Positions 20,298-30,666 are shown, counted from the first letter of the stretch. The stretch: DNA of 64,000 nucleotides from Desulfatiglandales bacterium (GCA_963662465.1 OY759599.1:6528001-6592000); one strand, 5' to 3'. Translations and numbers: made by a program. The notes: a model not told the origin generated them from the letters alone.

Positions 20298-22628
20298 ATG
20301 AACAACGAATACAGCCGTGACGAAGAACACATCGATCTAAGGGACTACCTCAGGGTTCTGGTTAAACGCCGTTGGACCATTATCGCCGTATTTGCCGTGA
20401 TTTTTATCACGGTGGCCATCCACACCTACACCGCGACCCCCATCTACCAGGCCACGGTCCGGCTGGTGATTGAAAAGGAAAACCCCAATGTGGTGTCCAT
20501 TGAAGAGGTGATGGCCGTCGATTCCTCGGGAACCGATTATTATCAGACCCAGTATAAAATTATCGAAAGCCGGGGTGTGGCCCGAGAAGTTATCAAGCGA
20601 CTTCATTTGGAGGATAGTGAAGAGTTTTTCCCCAAACCGAAGGATGATTTTTTTTCAAACCTAAAACGTTCCATTGGGGAAACCATTCAGTCATGGAAAG
20701 ATTCCATCAAGGACCTCATCTCCAGCCAAAAGGAAGAAACTTTCGGTTTGGAAGATCGTGATTCGGATTCGGCGCTGGTTTCCGATTTTATCAGCCGGAT
20801 CGAGGTCTCCCCCATTCGAAACAGCCGTCTGGTGGATTTGAGCTTTGAGGCCAAAAATCCGGTGCTGGCCACCAAAATCGTCAATACCCTCGCCCAGGCT
20901 TACATGGCCCAGAATCTGGAGATAAAACTGACGGCGGTTAAAGATGCCGTTGCCTGGTTGAACAAGCGGGTGGATGAAGAACGAAAAAAGGTGGGAAAAG
21001 CCGAGCTGACCCTCATTCAATACAAGGAAAAGGCGGGTATTATTACGGATTTTTCCAGCGATACCGAACGGGTGACCGCTCAGAAACTGGCCCAGTTGAA
21101 TGCCCAGGTGGTGGATGCGGAGTCGGTTCGGGTAGAGGCCGAGACCCGTTATAACCAGGCCTTGAGCTTGAAAGGGTCTCCCGACATGCTGGGGTCCATC
21201 CCCGAAGTCATCAACAATGAACTCATCCGTGAAATCAGTAAAATGGAAGTGGAACTCTACAAGCGGATGAGCGAACTCTCCAAAAAATATGGGCAAAATC
21301 ATCCCCAGATGATCGCCATTGACTCGGAGCTAAAGACCCTGGCCAAGCGGAAGGCCAATGCGGTGGAGCGGGTCATTAATTCCCTCAAGACCCAGTATCT
21401 GGTGGCACTGGCCAAGGAGGAATCTTTGAGGGCGGCTTTTAACCGGCAGAAACAGGAAACCCTGGACCTCAATAAAAAGGCCATTCAGTTCAGCGTCCTC
21501 CATCGGGAGGCCCAGAGTGCCAGGGATATGTACGAGTTACTGGTGAAACGGTTCAAGGAGGCCACTCTCACCGAAGATATGCGGACCGGCAATATTCGGG
21601 TGGTGGATCGGGCCGAGGTTCCCCGGGCGCCGGTGAAGCCCAAGAAGAAGCTGAATCTGCTGCTGGCTATTATCGTGGGTCTGGTGGCCGGTATCGGGCT
21701 TGCGTTCTTCTTTGAGTACCTGGACAATACCATCAAAATTCCCGACGATTTAAAACGGCATCTCGGTATTGCCTATCTGGGCCCCACACCCCTGGTTGAA
21801 TCAAAAGAGGACGACGGTGGGGGAGGCAGCGGTGACCGGCTCAAGGATCTTGTTTGCCTGAATGCGCCCAAATCCACCGCCAGTGAGTCCTATCGCGGCA
21901 TTCGCACCAATATCCTGTTTTCCTCCGCGGATGCTGCTCCCCAGGTGATTCTCGTGAGCAGTCCGGGACCCCGAGAGGGTAAAACCATGACATCCAGCAA
22001 CCTGGCCATTACCATGGCGCAATCCGGCAGCAAGGTGCTGATGCTGGACTGCGACCTTCGAAGGCCCAAGCTTCATCGTATGTTCGGTTTTGCCAAGGAC
22101 AAAGGGATTACTAACCTTCTGACGGGAAATGCCTCTTTTGAGGAGGTGGTCGTTCACAGCAAAGTTCCCAATCTGGATCTGATTTTTTCGGGACCCATCC
22201 CTCCCAACCCTTCGGAAATGCTGGGCTCAAAGCGAATGACAGAATTAATTGGTGAGCTTCGGAAACGCTATACGCGCATCATCATCGATTCGCCCCCCAT
22301 CACCGCCGTGACCGACGCGGCCATCCTGGCCAAGGCCGTGGACGGCGTGGTTCTGGTGATCCGGGCTGGTCAGACAATCCGTGAGGTGGCCAAGAACAGC
22401 GTCCATCAACTTCAATCGGTGGGGGGCAACATTCTCGGGGCCGTCCTCAATGCGGTGGATATCGGCAAGGACAAATACTATTATTATTATTACTATCAGT
22501 ACTACCATTATTACTATGGCGACGACGGTGAGAAAAAGAAACGCCGCAGCAAAAAGAAACGGAAAAAGCGGTCCAAGAGCGCCTATTACGGCCATGAGGA
22601 AAAAACCGAAAAACCCATTGAGACGTGA
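20298..22628 (+). CDS. wzc: Polysaccharide co-polymerase / BY tyrosine autokinase
   Basis: Wzz domain, coiled coil, second TM, Walker A GPREGKT, DCDLRRP, IIIDSPP and a C-terminal Tyr cluster. Confidence 0.92.
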   Translation: MNNEYSRDEEHIDLRDYLRVLVKRRWTIIAVFAVIFITVAIHTYTATPIYQATVRLVIEKENPNVVSIEEVMAVDSSGTDYYQTQYKIIESRGVAREVIKRLHLEDSEEFFPKPKDDFFSNLKRSIGETIQSWKDSIKDLISSQKEETFGLEDRDSDSALVSDFISRIEVSPIRNSRLVDLSFEAKNPVLATKIVNTLAQAYMAQNLEIKLTAVKDAVAWLNKRVDEERKKVGKAELTLIQYKEKAGIITDFSSDTERVTAQKLAQLNAQVVDAESVRVEAETRYNQALSLKGSPDMLGSIPEVINNELIREISKMEVELYKRMSELSKKYGQNHPQMIAIDSELKTLAKRKANAVERVINSLKTQYLVALAKEESLRAAFNRQKQETLDLNKKAIQFSVLHREAQSARDMYELLVKRFKEATLTEDMRTGNIRVVDRAEVPRAPVKPKKKLNLLLAIIVGLVAGIGLAFFFEYLDNTIKIPDDLKRHLGIAYLGPTPLVESKEDDGGGGSGDRLKDLVCLNAPKSTASESYRGIRTNILFSSADAAPQVILVSSPGPREGKTMTSSNLAITMAQSGSKVLMLDCDLRRPKLHRMFGFAKDKGITNLLTGNASFEEVVVHSKVPNLDLIFSGPIPPNPSEMLGSKRMTELIGELRKRYTRIIIDSPPITAVTDAAILAKAVDGVVLVIRAGQTIREVAKNSVHQLQSVGGNILGAVLNAVDIGKDKYYYYYYYQYYHYYYGDDGEKKKRRSKKKRKKRSKSAYYGHEEKTEKPIET

Positions 22629-22645
22629 TCCTTCATTGAAAACCC

Positions 22646-23464
22646 ATGATTGACCTTCACTGCCACATCCTTCCCGGCCTGGACGACGGCGCTGCTTCCC
22701 TTGAAGAGAGCCTGGCAATGGCCGGACTGGCTGTGGCGGACGGCATCAAGGGTATTGTGGCGACGCCCCATACCCTGAACGGGGTCAGTACCAACGCCGT
22801 TTTGGACATTCTGTTCGCCGTTTCAGCGCTGGAACGCGCTCTTGCCGCCGGCGGCATCTCTTTGAGGATATTCCCCGGATCCGAGGCGCATCTGGTGACC
22901 CGGATGGCTTTGAAAATCAAGAATGGCGAGATCTGTACCCTCAACAATAATGGAAAATATGTACTCATCGAGCTTCCGTCTCAGTCCGTCCCGGCCGGCG
23001 TTAAACAGGAAGTGTTTGAATTAAAGCTTGGCGGCATCACCCCCATCATTGCGCATCCCGAGCGGAATGCGGCCATTCAGAACAACCCCGATATCCTTCG
23101 CGAACTCATTCACATGGGCGCCCTGGCCCAGGTGACCGCCATGAGCCTGTTGGGGGACTTCGGTCCCGGCGCCGGGGAATGCGCTAAGCGCCTTCTGGAA
23201 AATCGCCTGGTACAGCTCATCGCCAGTGACGCTCATTCTCCCAGAACCCGTCCACCCCTGCTGTCCCAGGCCGTGGAGGAGGCGGCAAGGATACTCGGAA
23301 ACCCGCGCGAAGCCGAAGCCATGGTATTCGGTCGTCCCGCCGCTATCCTGACCGGGCATCCCCTGGATTGTCCCAACCCCACAATGCCTCGCCAAAAGCA
23401 CAAGCGGAGCAATCGTCCCGGGACCTTTGTCAGGCTCTGGAAAACTTGTTTTGGCGGCAGGTGA
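22646..23464 (+). CDS. CpsB/CapC family PHP tyrosine phosphatase
   Basis: IDLHCHILPGLDDG, ATPH, AHPERN and ASDAH motifs. Confidence 0.9.
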   Translation: MIDLHCHILPGLDDGAASLEESLAMAGLAVADGIKGIVATPHTLNGVSTNAVLDILFAVSALERALAAGGISLRIFPGSEAHLVTRMALKIKNGEICTLNNNGKYVLIELPSQSVPAGVKQEVFELKLGGITPIIAHPERNAAIQNNPDILRELIHMGALAQVTAMSLLGDFGPGAGECAKRLLENRLVQLIASDAHSPRTRPPLLSQAVEEAARILGNPREAEAMVFGRPAAILTGHPLDCPNPTMPRQKHKRSNRPGTFVRLWKTCFGGR

Positions 23465-23511
23465 AAGAAGGCGTTGCGATTAAAACAATTCCGTCAATTG
23501 GAGGAGGGTCC

Positions 23512-23994
23512 ATGAAAGCAAAACCCTTTGTGTTGATGTTTCTGCTCTCGGCTCTTATTTTCCTGGGAGGCTGTTCCTTTTATCCCCGGAAATTGTATTC
23601 CGGTCCGGACCAACCCAAAACAAGTCTTGCCCTCATCAAACAAACTGACGATTTGGAATCCCGCCCCATTTACCTGCTTAACCTCCATAAAGAGGGAGAA
23701 CCGGAAATACGGGTGGATGATCTGGGAATCGTCGTTTTGCCCGGCGCCTATACCTTCAAGGGCTATTTGTATCATTACCGTTATCAGGAAAGTGCCAGGC
23801 TTGTGGATGCAACGGTTTACCCGGGGCAATCCAGCTTTCCCATGCATGAGCCGGTATTGCGGAAAGTGAGATCAGTCAAACCCTACGCTGAAACGGATGC
23901 GGTAAAATTGACGGTAAAATCGGGGTTCAGCTATGCTCTATGGTGTTCCGATGATGCCAAGATCCATATGAAGGTGCTGGGTTCTTACCCTTAA
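23512..23994 (+). CDS. Hypothetical lipoprotein
   Basis: GGAGG RBS; lipobox LGGC. Confidence 0.6.
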   Translation: MKAKPFVLMFLLSALIFLGGCSFYPRKLYSGPDQPKTSLALIKQTDDLESRPIYLLNLHKEGEPEIRVDDLGIVVLPGAYTFKGYLYHYRYQESARLVDATVYPGQSSFPMHEPVLRKVRSVKPYAETDAVKLTVKSGFSYALWCSDDAKIHMKVLGSYP

Positions 23995-24015
23995 ACTCTT
24001 TTCATTGAGTCGCCC

Positions 24016-25851
24016 ATGACGCGTCCCGATTGCATCAGCAACAGAAATCTTAAGATCATCGACGCCTATGTCAAAAGTCGCCTGGGCCGGGAACATGACC
24101 TCTTTAAAGGGCTTCCCATGCCGGAAGGGTATCCTTCCCTGGAAAGTTTTTTCCTCAATGAGGACCAGTGGACCACCTATGATAATTTTGACCGGGTGTT
24201 TCGGCGGGCCAGGGAACTGGTGGGGGAACCGAATTTCTTTTTTGATTGCGGCGCTTCTTCGGCCCATCTTCGGTCTTGGGGTCGGCTCCATTACTTTGTG
24301 CGGGTTTTTGCCTCTCCCGGCGATGGGTACAAGCGGCTTCCCTTTTTCAATGAAAATTTCAATGACACAAAAACCCTTGAGATTATACGCCCACCCGCCT
24401 ACGATTCCGCGTCAAGAAAGGTCAAAACGCTCCTGAAAATAGCCTTTCACGATAATTTCGATCCAAACCGGGACTATATGGGAGATGCCTTTATGAGGGG
24501 CATCCTATCCTCCATTCCCACCATCTGGAATCTGCCCCCGGCCCTCATTGTGCAACCCCTGTCCCCATATGATCCCGAAATTGTGTTGAATCTGGACCCC
24601 GAATTTCTTCCCTACGGGCTGAAGGTACAGATCAAAAAAGACCGCATGTCCCTGCGGGATCCCGCCACCGGCGATACGGTTATTGTGGGGAAAACGGTTC
24701 TGCTGGAACCGGAAATGGTTAACGGCAAAAGTATCTATCTGGGGAAATACAGAGCGCTTTACGATAATTTTGAAGAGAATGCGAACGGCATGCAGAAAGC
24801 CATTCTGATCACTCGGACGTTCTCTTTAGACGGACGAAACCTCCTGCGGGAAGGGGAATTTTTTAAAGCCCCTTATTGTATTTTGCGGGTGTCCTTTGAT
24901 CGCATGTCCGTTTCCCACCGCATTTCCGAGGCTCTCAAATTGGGGAAGCGAAAAGGGGAAACGGGAAGTGAGGTGAGTGAGGTCATTGACCGGCTCCGTG
25001 AGAGCATCAAGGAAAAAAATCAAGTAAATCTGATGCTCCAGAAGACCAATCGAAAGCTCCGGGAAGCAAGGGACAGGCTGGATGCGGCCAACCGGGAATT
25101 GGAAGCCAAGGTGGAAGAGAGAACGGCAAAACTCCAACAGGCCCAGCAGGATTTGATCGTACTCAATCAGGGACTGGAGGATAAGGTCAAGGCGCAGGTC
25201 GTTAAGTTGCAACGATATGACCAACTGCGCCGCTATCTCTCCCCGAAGCTTGCGGAAACCATCCTGGCCGATGACAAGGGTCTGGGGTCCGAACCCCGGA
25301 GAAAGCTCCTGACCATTGTTTTTTCGGATATTCGTGGGTTTTCAAGCTTGACGGACAGTCTGGAACCGGAAGAATTGTTTCAACTCCTGAGCCATTACTT
25401 TTCCGTGATGACCGAGATTGTCCATCAACATGACGGTACCTTAAACAAAATGATTGGAGATGGTCTTCTGGTCTTTTTCGGTGATCCGGTCCCCATGGAC
25501 GATCATGCCGAACGGGCGGTGCAAATGGCCATTGCCATGCAGAAAAAAGTGAAGCAACTGAAACAGGCGTGGGGCCGTTATGGCCATGATTTGGGGGTAG
25601 GCATTGGTATCAATACCGGTTATGTGACCGTCGGCAATGTGGGTTCCGACATGCACCGGGACTATACCATTATCGGCAACCAGGTCAATGTGGCGTCACG
25701 ACTGGAAAACCTGGCAAAACCGGAGGAGATTCTCATCAGTCGACGAACTCTCAGTCTGCTGAAAGACCCGGGACCGGTGAAAGAGATGGGGGATATTGAG
25801 GTTAAAGGGATTCACAGCCCCGTTAAAACCTATCGGGTGCCCTGGGAATAA
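24016..25851 (+). CDS. Cytoplasmic adenylate/guanylate cyclase with unrecognised N-terminal domain
   Basis: Coiled coil then FSDIRGFS, KMIGDG and DYTIIGNQVNVASRLE. Confidence 0.88.
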   Translation: MTRPDCISNRNLKIIDAYVKSRLGREHDLFKGLPMPEGYPSLESFFLNEDQWTTYDNFDRVFRRARELVGEPNFFFDCGASSAHLRSWGRLHYFVRVFASPGDGYKRLPFFNENFNDTKTLEIIRPPAYDSASRKVKTLLKIAFHDNFDPNRDYMGDAFMRGILSSIPTIWNLPPALIVQPLSPYDPEIVLNLDPEFLPYGLKVQIKKDRMSLRDPATGDTVIVGKTVLLEPEMVNGKSIYLGKYRALYDNFEENANGMQKAILITRTFSLDGRNLLREGEFFKAPYCILRVSFDRMSVSHRISEALKLGKRKGETGSEVSEVIDRLRESIKEKNQVNLMLQKTNRKLREARDRLDAANRELEAKVEERTAKLQQAQQDLIVLNQGLEDKVKAQVVKLQRYDQLRRYLSPKLAETILADDKGLGSEPRRKLLTIVFSDIRGFSSLTDSLEPEELFQLLSHYFSVMTEIVHQHDGTLNKMIGDGLLVFFGDPVPMDDHAERAVQMAIAMQKKVKQLKQAWGRYGHDLGVGIGINTGYVTVGNVGSDMHRDYTIIGNQVNVASRLENLAKPEEILISRRTLSLLKDPGPVKEMGDIEVKGIHSPVKTYRVPWE

Positions 25852-25875
25852 CCTTTTAAGGGGCGGATTAGATGG

Positions 25876-26328
25876 CTACAGCTCCAGTTTCTTGGTGAGA
25901 TGAATAAAATCACTCCGATTGAATCCGAGCGTTTTGAAAAAGGAGAGAAGGTCAACAGAGTCCCAGCGAACCGTTGTGAAAATATAATCAATGCCCTTTT
26001 CGCGATAAACCGTTACCAGCTTTTCCGCCAGTACACGACCGATGCCTTCCCCCATATATTTTGGGTGAACTCCCAGGGTGGCGATCCATGCGCTTTTTTT
26101 AAGGCCAAACCCCCCGAAAACAATATAGCTGATCATGTAACCCACGATTCTGCCATTCAATTCCGCTGAATAGCTGACATCTTCGTTTTTTTGAACCTGG
26201 TCTTCAATGATTTGCTTAAAATCGATAACGGCCGGGGGGTTGGTAATGGTTGAATGTATGGCTGTGATCTCCGGTGCGTCTTCGGGCTTAATTTTTCTGA
26301 TCAGCAAATTATTCAACACATCATCCAT
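25876..26328 (-). CDS. GNAT family N-acetyltransferase
   Basis: GVHPKYMGEGIG motif A; FFKTLGF. Confidence 0.85.
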   Translation of the reverse strand: MDDVLNNLLIRKIKPEDAPEITAIHSTITNPPAVIDFKQIIEDQVQKNEDVSYSAELNGRIVGYMISYIVFGGFGLKKSAWIATLGVHPKYMGEGIGRVLAEKLVTVYREKGIDYIFTTVRWDSVDLLSFFKTLGFNRSDFIHLTKKLEL

Positions 26329-26340
26329 GAAGCAAGTCCT

Positions 26341-26529
26341 TTAATCCACTCTGACGATTTTTACGCGGCAACCCACCCAGTCCGGCGGAAGATAGACCCG
26401 CCCACTGTTTCCGCTTAGTTTAACGATCTTTTCGACCATTTCCTCGCCATAGATCTCCAACTTGACTTTCCCCCTGCCCTTGGCCGGAGCGGTGTTCTCT
26501 TCGTTTTTTGATTTCTTTTCATCCGGCAT
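26341..26529 (-). CDS. DUF2080-like small swapped-hairpin protein
   Basis: EKIVKLSGNSGRVYLPPDWVGCRVKIV motif. Confidence 0.7.
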   Translation of the reverse strand: MPDEKKSKNEENTAPAKGRGKVKLEIYGEEMVEKIVKLSGNSGRVYLPPDWVGCRVKIVRVD

Positions 26530-26635
26530 TTTGTTAGACTTTTCCGCAATACCCTTTGGAACCGCAATAGGCAGCAAGCTGCTGATTTTAATAGTGGTTA
26601 GAAAAAACATGCCTATGACGAGCTGCATGACGTGA

Positions 26636-26668
26636 TTACAATCTAGCTACATCGTAACTACCTGTCAA
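26636..26668 (-). promoter_or_regulatory. Sigma70 promoter overlapped by a 22-bp imperfect palindrome
   Basis: Minus strand TTGACA(26668-26663)-N17-TAGATT; palindrome TTACAATCTAGCTACATCGTAA at 26636-26657. Confidence 0.6.
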
Positions 26669-26749
26669 GAAAAATGAGGGGTTTGCGCCGAGCCCATGCA
26701 TTTTTTTGAAAATGCGTGGGTTCAATTTGGGCACTTGAGCAAGGAGTGA

Positions 26750-27454
26750 ATGATAATGCAAAAAATGGACCCCCGGTACTTGAATTCCACCGCCATTCTC
26801 GACAGCGACCACCCGGCTGTAAAAGCCCATGCGGAAAAGACCGTCGGCAATGCCAATGATCCCGTGGAGAAGGCGGTGAAACTCTACTATGCCGTGAGAG
26901 ACGGCATCTGGTATGACCCGTACTATCCATTCTATCTTCCCGAACACTACCGCGCCAGCAATGTGCTGCAAAGCGGCCGGGGATACTGCGTTTGCAAGGC
27001 ATCGCTCCTTTGCGCTCTTGGCAGGGCCTGTCAAATTCCCGCCAGGATCGGTTTCGCCGATGTGAAGAACCATCTGGCTACACGGCAACTGCTGGAATTT
27101 CTGGGGAGCAACCTGTTTGTGTACCACGGCTACGTGGAATTTTATCTGGAGGGAAAATGGGTCAAAGCCACGCCCGCCTTTAACCGGGAGCTGTGCGAAC
27201 GACACCATGTGGCCCCTTTGGAATTCAATGGCCGGGATGATTCCATCTTTCATCCCTACAACCTGGAAAGCCGGCAGTTCATGGAGTATGTGGCCGATCA
27301 CGGGACCTATGCGGATATTTCCGTGGACATGCTGGTGGCGGGCTGGAAAGCCGCCTATGGGGAGACCCGGGTCCAGGGTTGGATCGAAACTTTCAAAAAG
27401 CGGGGCGGGACAAGCGGCCGGGACTTTTTCAAAGAGGAAATTGTCAAGATTTGA
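26750..27454 (+). CDS. Transglutaminase-like domain protein
   Basis: GYCVCKA..LCALGRA..IPAR, HGYVE and WVKATPAF. Confidence 0.85.
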   Translation: MIMQKMDPRYLNSTAILDSDHPAVKAHAEKTVGNANDPVEKAVKLYYAVRDGIWYDPYYPFYLPEHYRASNVLQSGRGYCVCKASLLCALGRACQIPARIGFADVKNHLATRQLLEFLGSNLFVYHGYVEFYLEGKWVKATPAFNRELCERHHVAPLEFNGRDDSIFHPYNLESRQFMEYVADHGTYADISVDMLVAGWKAAYGETRVQGWIETFKKRGGTSGRDFFKEEIVKI

Positions 27455-27512
27455 AAGTAGATGATATGGTTGCTGTTTTTTTACTTAAAACCTAAAACTT
27501 AAAACTTAAAAC

Positions 27513-28505
27513 CTATTTTGTCCCCACCATAATGCCTGAATCGGTGGGCCCTCTAAAGGGCAGCCGTTCAATATGGTGCAAACCGGATTTTTCCATCATC
27601 TCATGAATCCGGTCTTCGGTATAGGATCGTCCTCTTTTGGTGTTGATCAGCATGTTCAGGGAAAAAAGGGCCGGAAAAAGGGGCCCGTCGGACATGTTGT
27701 TTAAAATGAAATCGTGTACCAGGAGGGTTCCCCCGTCATCCAGGGCCGACGCCGCTTTTTGTATGATCATGTCACATGCATCCGGTCCCTCGCCGTGCAG
27801 GATATGGGAAAGCCATGCCACGTCGTAGTGTCCTTTGATGTCCTCTTTTACATAATTGCAGGGCGTAAAATGGATCCGGTCTGAAAGTCCGAAACGGGTG
27901 ATGGTTTTTTCCGCAAAGGGTCGGGTGGCGGCAAGGTCCGCCACCGTTGCTGTTAGTTCCGGGTTGGCCAGGCAAAAATGGATGGCATAGGTGCCGGGAC
28001 CGCCGCCCAGGTCCAGAAAACGTGTTTTTCCCTGAAGATCAATTTCCTTTGAAACCCGGGGCGCAATGGCCATGGCCAGATTGAACATCCCCATGAGAAA
28101 ACTTTCTCGGGTTTTGTCGTCGCGAACCACGCTTTTCCCGACGGACCGTCCGGTTCTGGCGGCCTCATCCAGACGGGACCAGGGTTCCACCAGGTGATGG
28201 TGGTGCATGATCATGAAACCGATATACCGGGGAGAGTCCTTGACCAGAAAGGTGAGACCCTCCGGTGTATTGGCATACTGATCCGCTTTTTTGACCAGCA
28301 GTTTCATGGCTGAAAGCCCATTTAAGAGGGTTTCCATGCCGCGCAAGTCAAAATCGAGCCGTTGGGCCAGTTCATCCGCCCCCATCTTTCCGTTGCCGAT
28401 TTCCGAAAACACGTCCAATTTTACACCCGCATGAAGGGTGCAGGTCTCCCAGTATTTTCCTGATAATGCCAGCAGTTCTCCCGCATTCCATGCCGCCATG
28501 GTCAT
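27513..28505 (-). CDS. SAM-dependent methyltransferase with dimerisation domain
   Basis: LDLGGGPG motif, SHILH and an N-terminal wHTH dimerisation region. Confidence 0.85.
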   Translation of the reverse strand: MTMAAWNAGELLALSGKYWETCTLHAGVKLDVFSEIGNGKMGADELAQRLDFDLRGMETLLNGLSAMKLLVKKADQYANTPEGLTFLVKDSPRYIGFMIMHHHHLVEPWSRLDEAARTGRSVGKSVVRDDKTRESFLMGMFNLAMAIAPRVSKEIDLQGKTRFLDLGGGPGTYAIHFCLANPELTATVADLAATRPFAEKTITRFGLSDRIHFTPCNYVKEDIKGHYDVAWLSHILHGEGPDACDMIIQKAASALDDGGTLLVHDFILNNMSDGPLFPALFSLNMLINTKRGRSYTEDRIHEMMEKSGLHHIERLPFRGPTDSGIMVGTK

Positions 28506-28666
28506 TTTCCCCCGATCCATTTTGTCAAGATGCTTCAATGCCCCAGATCCGGCATTCTCTACCAATAGATGGAAAAAATCAAGTTCCGAAAATGGTTTTT
28601 GGTTTGCCTTGGCATATTGACATCCACCGGCAATGGGAATAGGGTAGAAATTTTGAGTTTTGAGTT

Positions 28667-29296
28667 TTGGGTTATGAAGTTTCTGGGGTCTGGGCATTTT
28701 CTGGAGAAAAACAGTTGGAAAACACAAGTCGTTATGCCATTACCGTCATCTGTGAGGATCGGGTGGGGCTGGTGGGTCGATTTACCGGGGCCATCACGCG
28801 CCTCGGCGGCAACATCGAGGTGCTGGATCAAAATGTTCGCCTGGGTTATTTTGTCATTACCCTGATGGCCACATTTGAAACCGGTGTCACCGCCGAAGCC
28901 GTTCGCGGGGGGTTGAAAAAAATCGGTGAAACCGGGGCCATGGCGGTCAGTGTTCTGCCCCGCCGCGAAGCGCTGATTCCCCCGGCCGGAGAGGGCGCGC
29001 CGTTTGTTCTGGCCATGGCGGGAATCGATGTGCCGGGCAATTTTTCAATGGTGACCACCTGTCTGGCCCAACACCGCATCAATGTGGAAGAACTCACCTG
29101 TCAAACCGAAGGGAATCGCTTTACCATCATCGGAGAGATTACCGTCCCCCATGAGGTCGACGCCAAAGCGGTGAGAATGGAGTTGACGCGCCTTTTGGCC
29201 GACAGGGAAGTGAAGGTCTCCCTGATGCACGCGGACATTTTTGATGCCACCAACCGGATTCCCATGCCCAAACGTCATACGGAAAGTCTATTATGA
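28667..29296 (+). CDS. Tandem ACT domain protein (GcvR-like)
   Basis: Two ACT repeats (EDRVGLV..., GIDVPG...), ending IFDATNRI as in ACT partners of DUF711. True start probably downstream. Confidence 0.75.
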   Translation: MGYEVSGVWAFSGEKQLENTSRYAITVICEDRVGLVGRFTGAITRLGGNIEVLDQNVRLGYFVITLMATFETGVTAEAVRGGLKKIGETGAMAVSVLPRREALIPPAGEGAPFVLAMAGIDVPGNFSMVTTCLAQHRINVEELTCQTEGNRFTIIGEITVPHEVDAKAVRMELTRLLADREVKVSLMHADIFDATNRIPMPKRHTESLL

Positions 29297-30666
29297 ACAG
29301 AAAAGAAGATATCCTCTCAACGGTTCGCATGTTTCAGGAAGAAAATCTGGATGTGCGCACGGTGACCCTCGGCATCAACGTCACCGACTGCATATCCTCG
29401 GATGTTTCGAGGTTCTGTGAAAATCTGGAAGAAAAAATTAAACGGGTGGCGGGTTCCCTGGTGCCCGTCTGTGAGCGTATTTCGGAGCGTTACGGCATTC
29501 CGGTGGTGAACAAACGCCTGGCCATCTCGCCTGTCGGGTCCATTTGCGGTCGGATGGAGGGCCCTGGCTTTCTGCAACTGGCCATGGCCCTGGATCATGC
29601 CGCACAGTCCGTGGGCGTGGACCTTCTGGGGGGCTTCACGGCCCTGGTGCAAAAGGGCGCAACGCCGTCGGAAACGCGACTCATGGACAGCCTGCCCGAG
29701 GTCCTCTCTCGAACGAATCGGGTTTGTGCTTCCATCAACGTGGCCACCTCCAAGGCCGGCATCAATATGGATGCCATTTTGAGACTGGGGCATATTATCA
29801 AACTTGCGGCGGAAAAGAGCGCGGAGCAGGGCGGCTTTGCCTGTGCGAAACTATGTATCTTCGCCAATATGCCCGAGGACAACCCCTTCATGGCCGGGGC
29901 CTACCTGGGGTTCGGAGAAGGGGAGGCCGTGATCAATGTGGGCATCTCCGGCCCCGGCGTGGTGAAACGAGCCATCGAACGGTTGCGGGCCGCGACCCCC
30001 GATCTGGATTTGCAGATGCTGGCCAGCGAGATCAAACAGACGGCGTTCCGGGTAACCCGGGTGGGCGAACTCCTGGGCCGGGAGGTGGCGCAGGGCGTGG
30101 GTGCGGCCTTTGGGGGGATCGATCTTTCCCTTGCGCCCACCCCCAAGGTGGGGGATTCCGTGGGTGAAATCCTGCAGGCCATGGGCATATCAAAAATCGG
30201 GGCCCCGGGCAGCACTGCGGCGGTTGCCATGCTGAACGATGCGGTCAAAAAAGGGGGGTTGTTCGCGTCTTCTTCGGTGGGGGGAATGAGCGGTGCTTTT
30301 ATTCCCGTGGCTGAAGACAGTGCGCTGGCCCAGGCTGCGGCGGACGGGACCCTTTCCATTGAAAAACTGGAGGCCATGACGTCCGTCTGTTCCGTGGGGC
30401 TGGACATGGTCTGTATTCCGGGCGACACGGATGCGGACACCATCAGCGCCCTCATCGCTGATGAAATGGCCATCGGCGTCATCAACAACAAAACCACCGC
30501 CACACGCCTGATCCCCGTCCCCGGGAAAAAACCGGGGGAATGGGTACACTGGGGCGGACTCTTCGGGGCCTCTCCCATCATGGCCATCCGTGCCCCCGGC
30601 GCTTCCAGCGCATTTGTCCGTTGCGGGGGCCGCATTCCGGCGCCCGTTCATTCCTTTAAGAATTAA
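29293..30666 (+). CDS. PFL/DUF711 (UPF0210) family protein
   Basis: LDVRTVTLGI, EDNPFMAGA, KLEAMTSVCSVGLDM and GRIPAPVHSFKN. Confidence 0.9.
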   Translation: MNRKEDILSTVRMFQEENLDVRTVTLGINVTDCISSDVSRFCENLEEKIKRVAGSLVPVCERISERYGIPVVNKRLAISPVGSICGRMEGPGFLQLAMALDHAAQSVGVDLLGGFTALVQKGATPSETRLMDSLPEVLSRTNRVCASINVATSKAGINMDAILRLGHIIKLAAEKSAEQGGFACAKLCIFANMPEDNPFMAGAYLGFGEGEAVINVGISGPGVVKRAIERLRAATPDLDLQMLASEIKQTAFRVTRVGELLGREVAQGVGAAFGGIDLSLAPTPKVGDSVGEILQAMGISKIGAPGSTAAVAMLNDAVKKGGLFASSSVGGMSGAFIPVAEDSALAQAAADGTLSIEKLEAMTSVCSVGLDMVCIPGDTDADTISALIADEMAIGVINNKTTATRLIPVPGKKPGEWVHWGGLFGASPIMAIRAPGASSAFVRCGGRIPAPVHSFKN

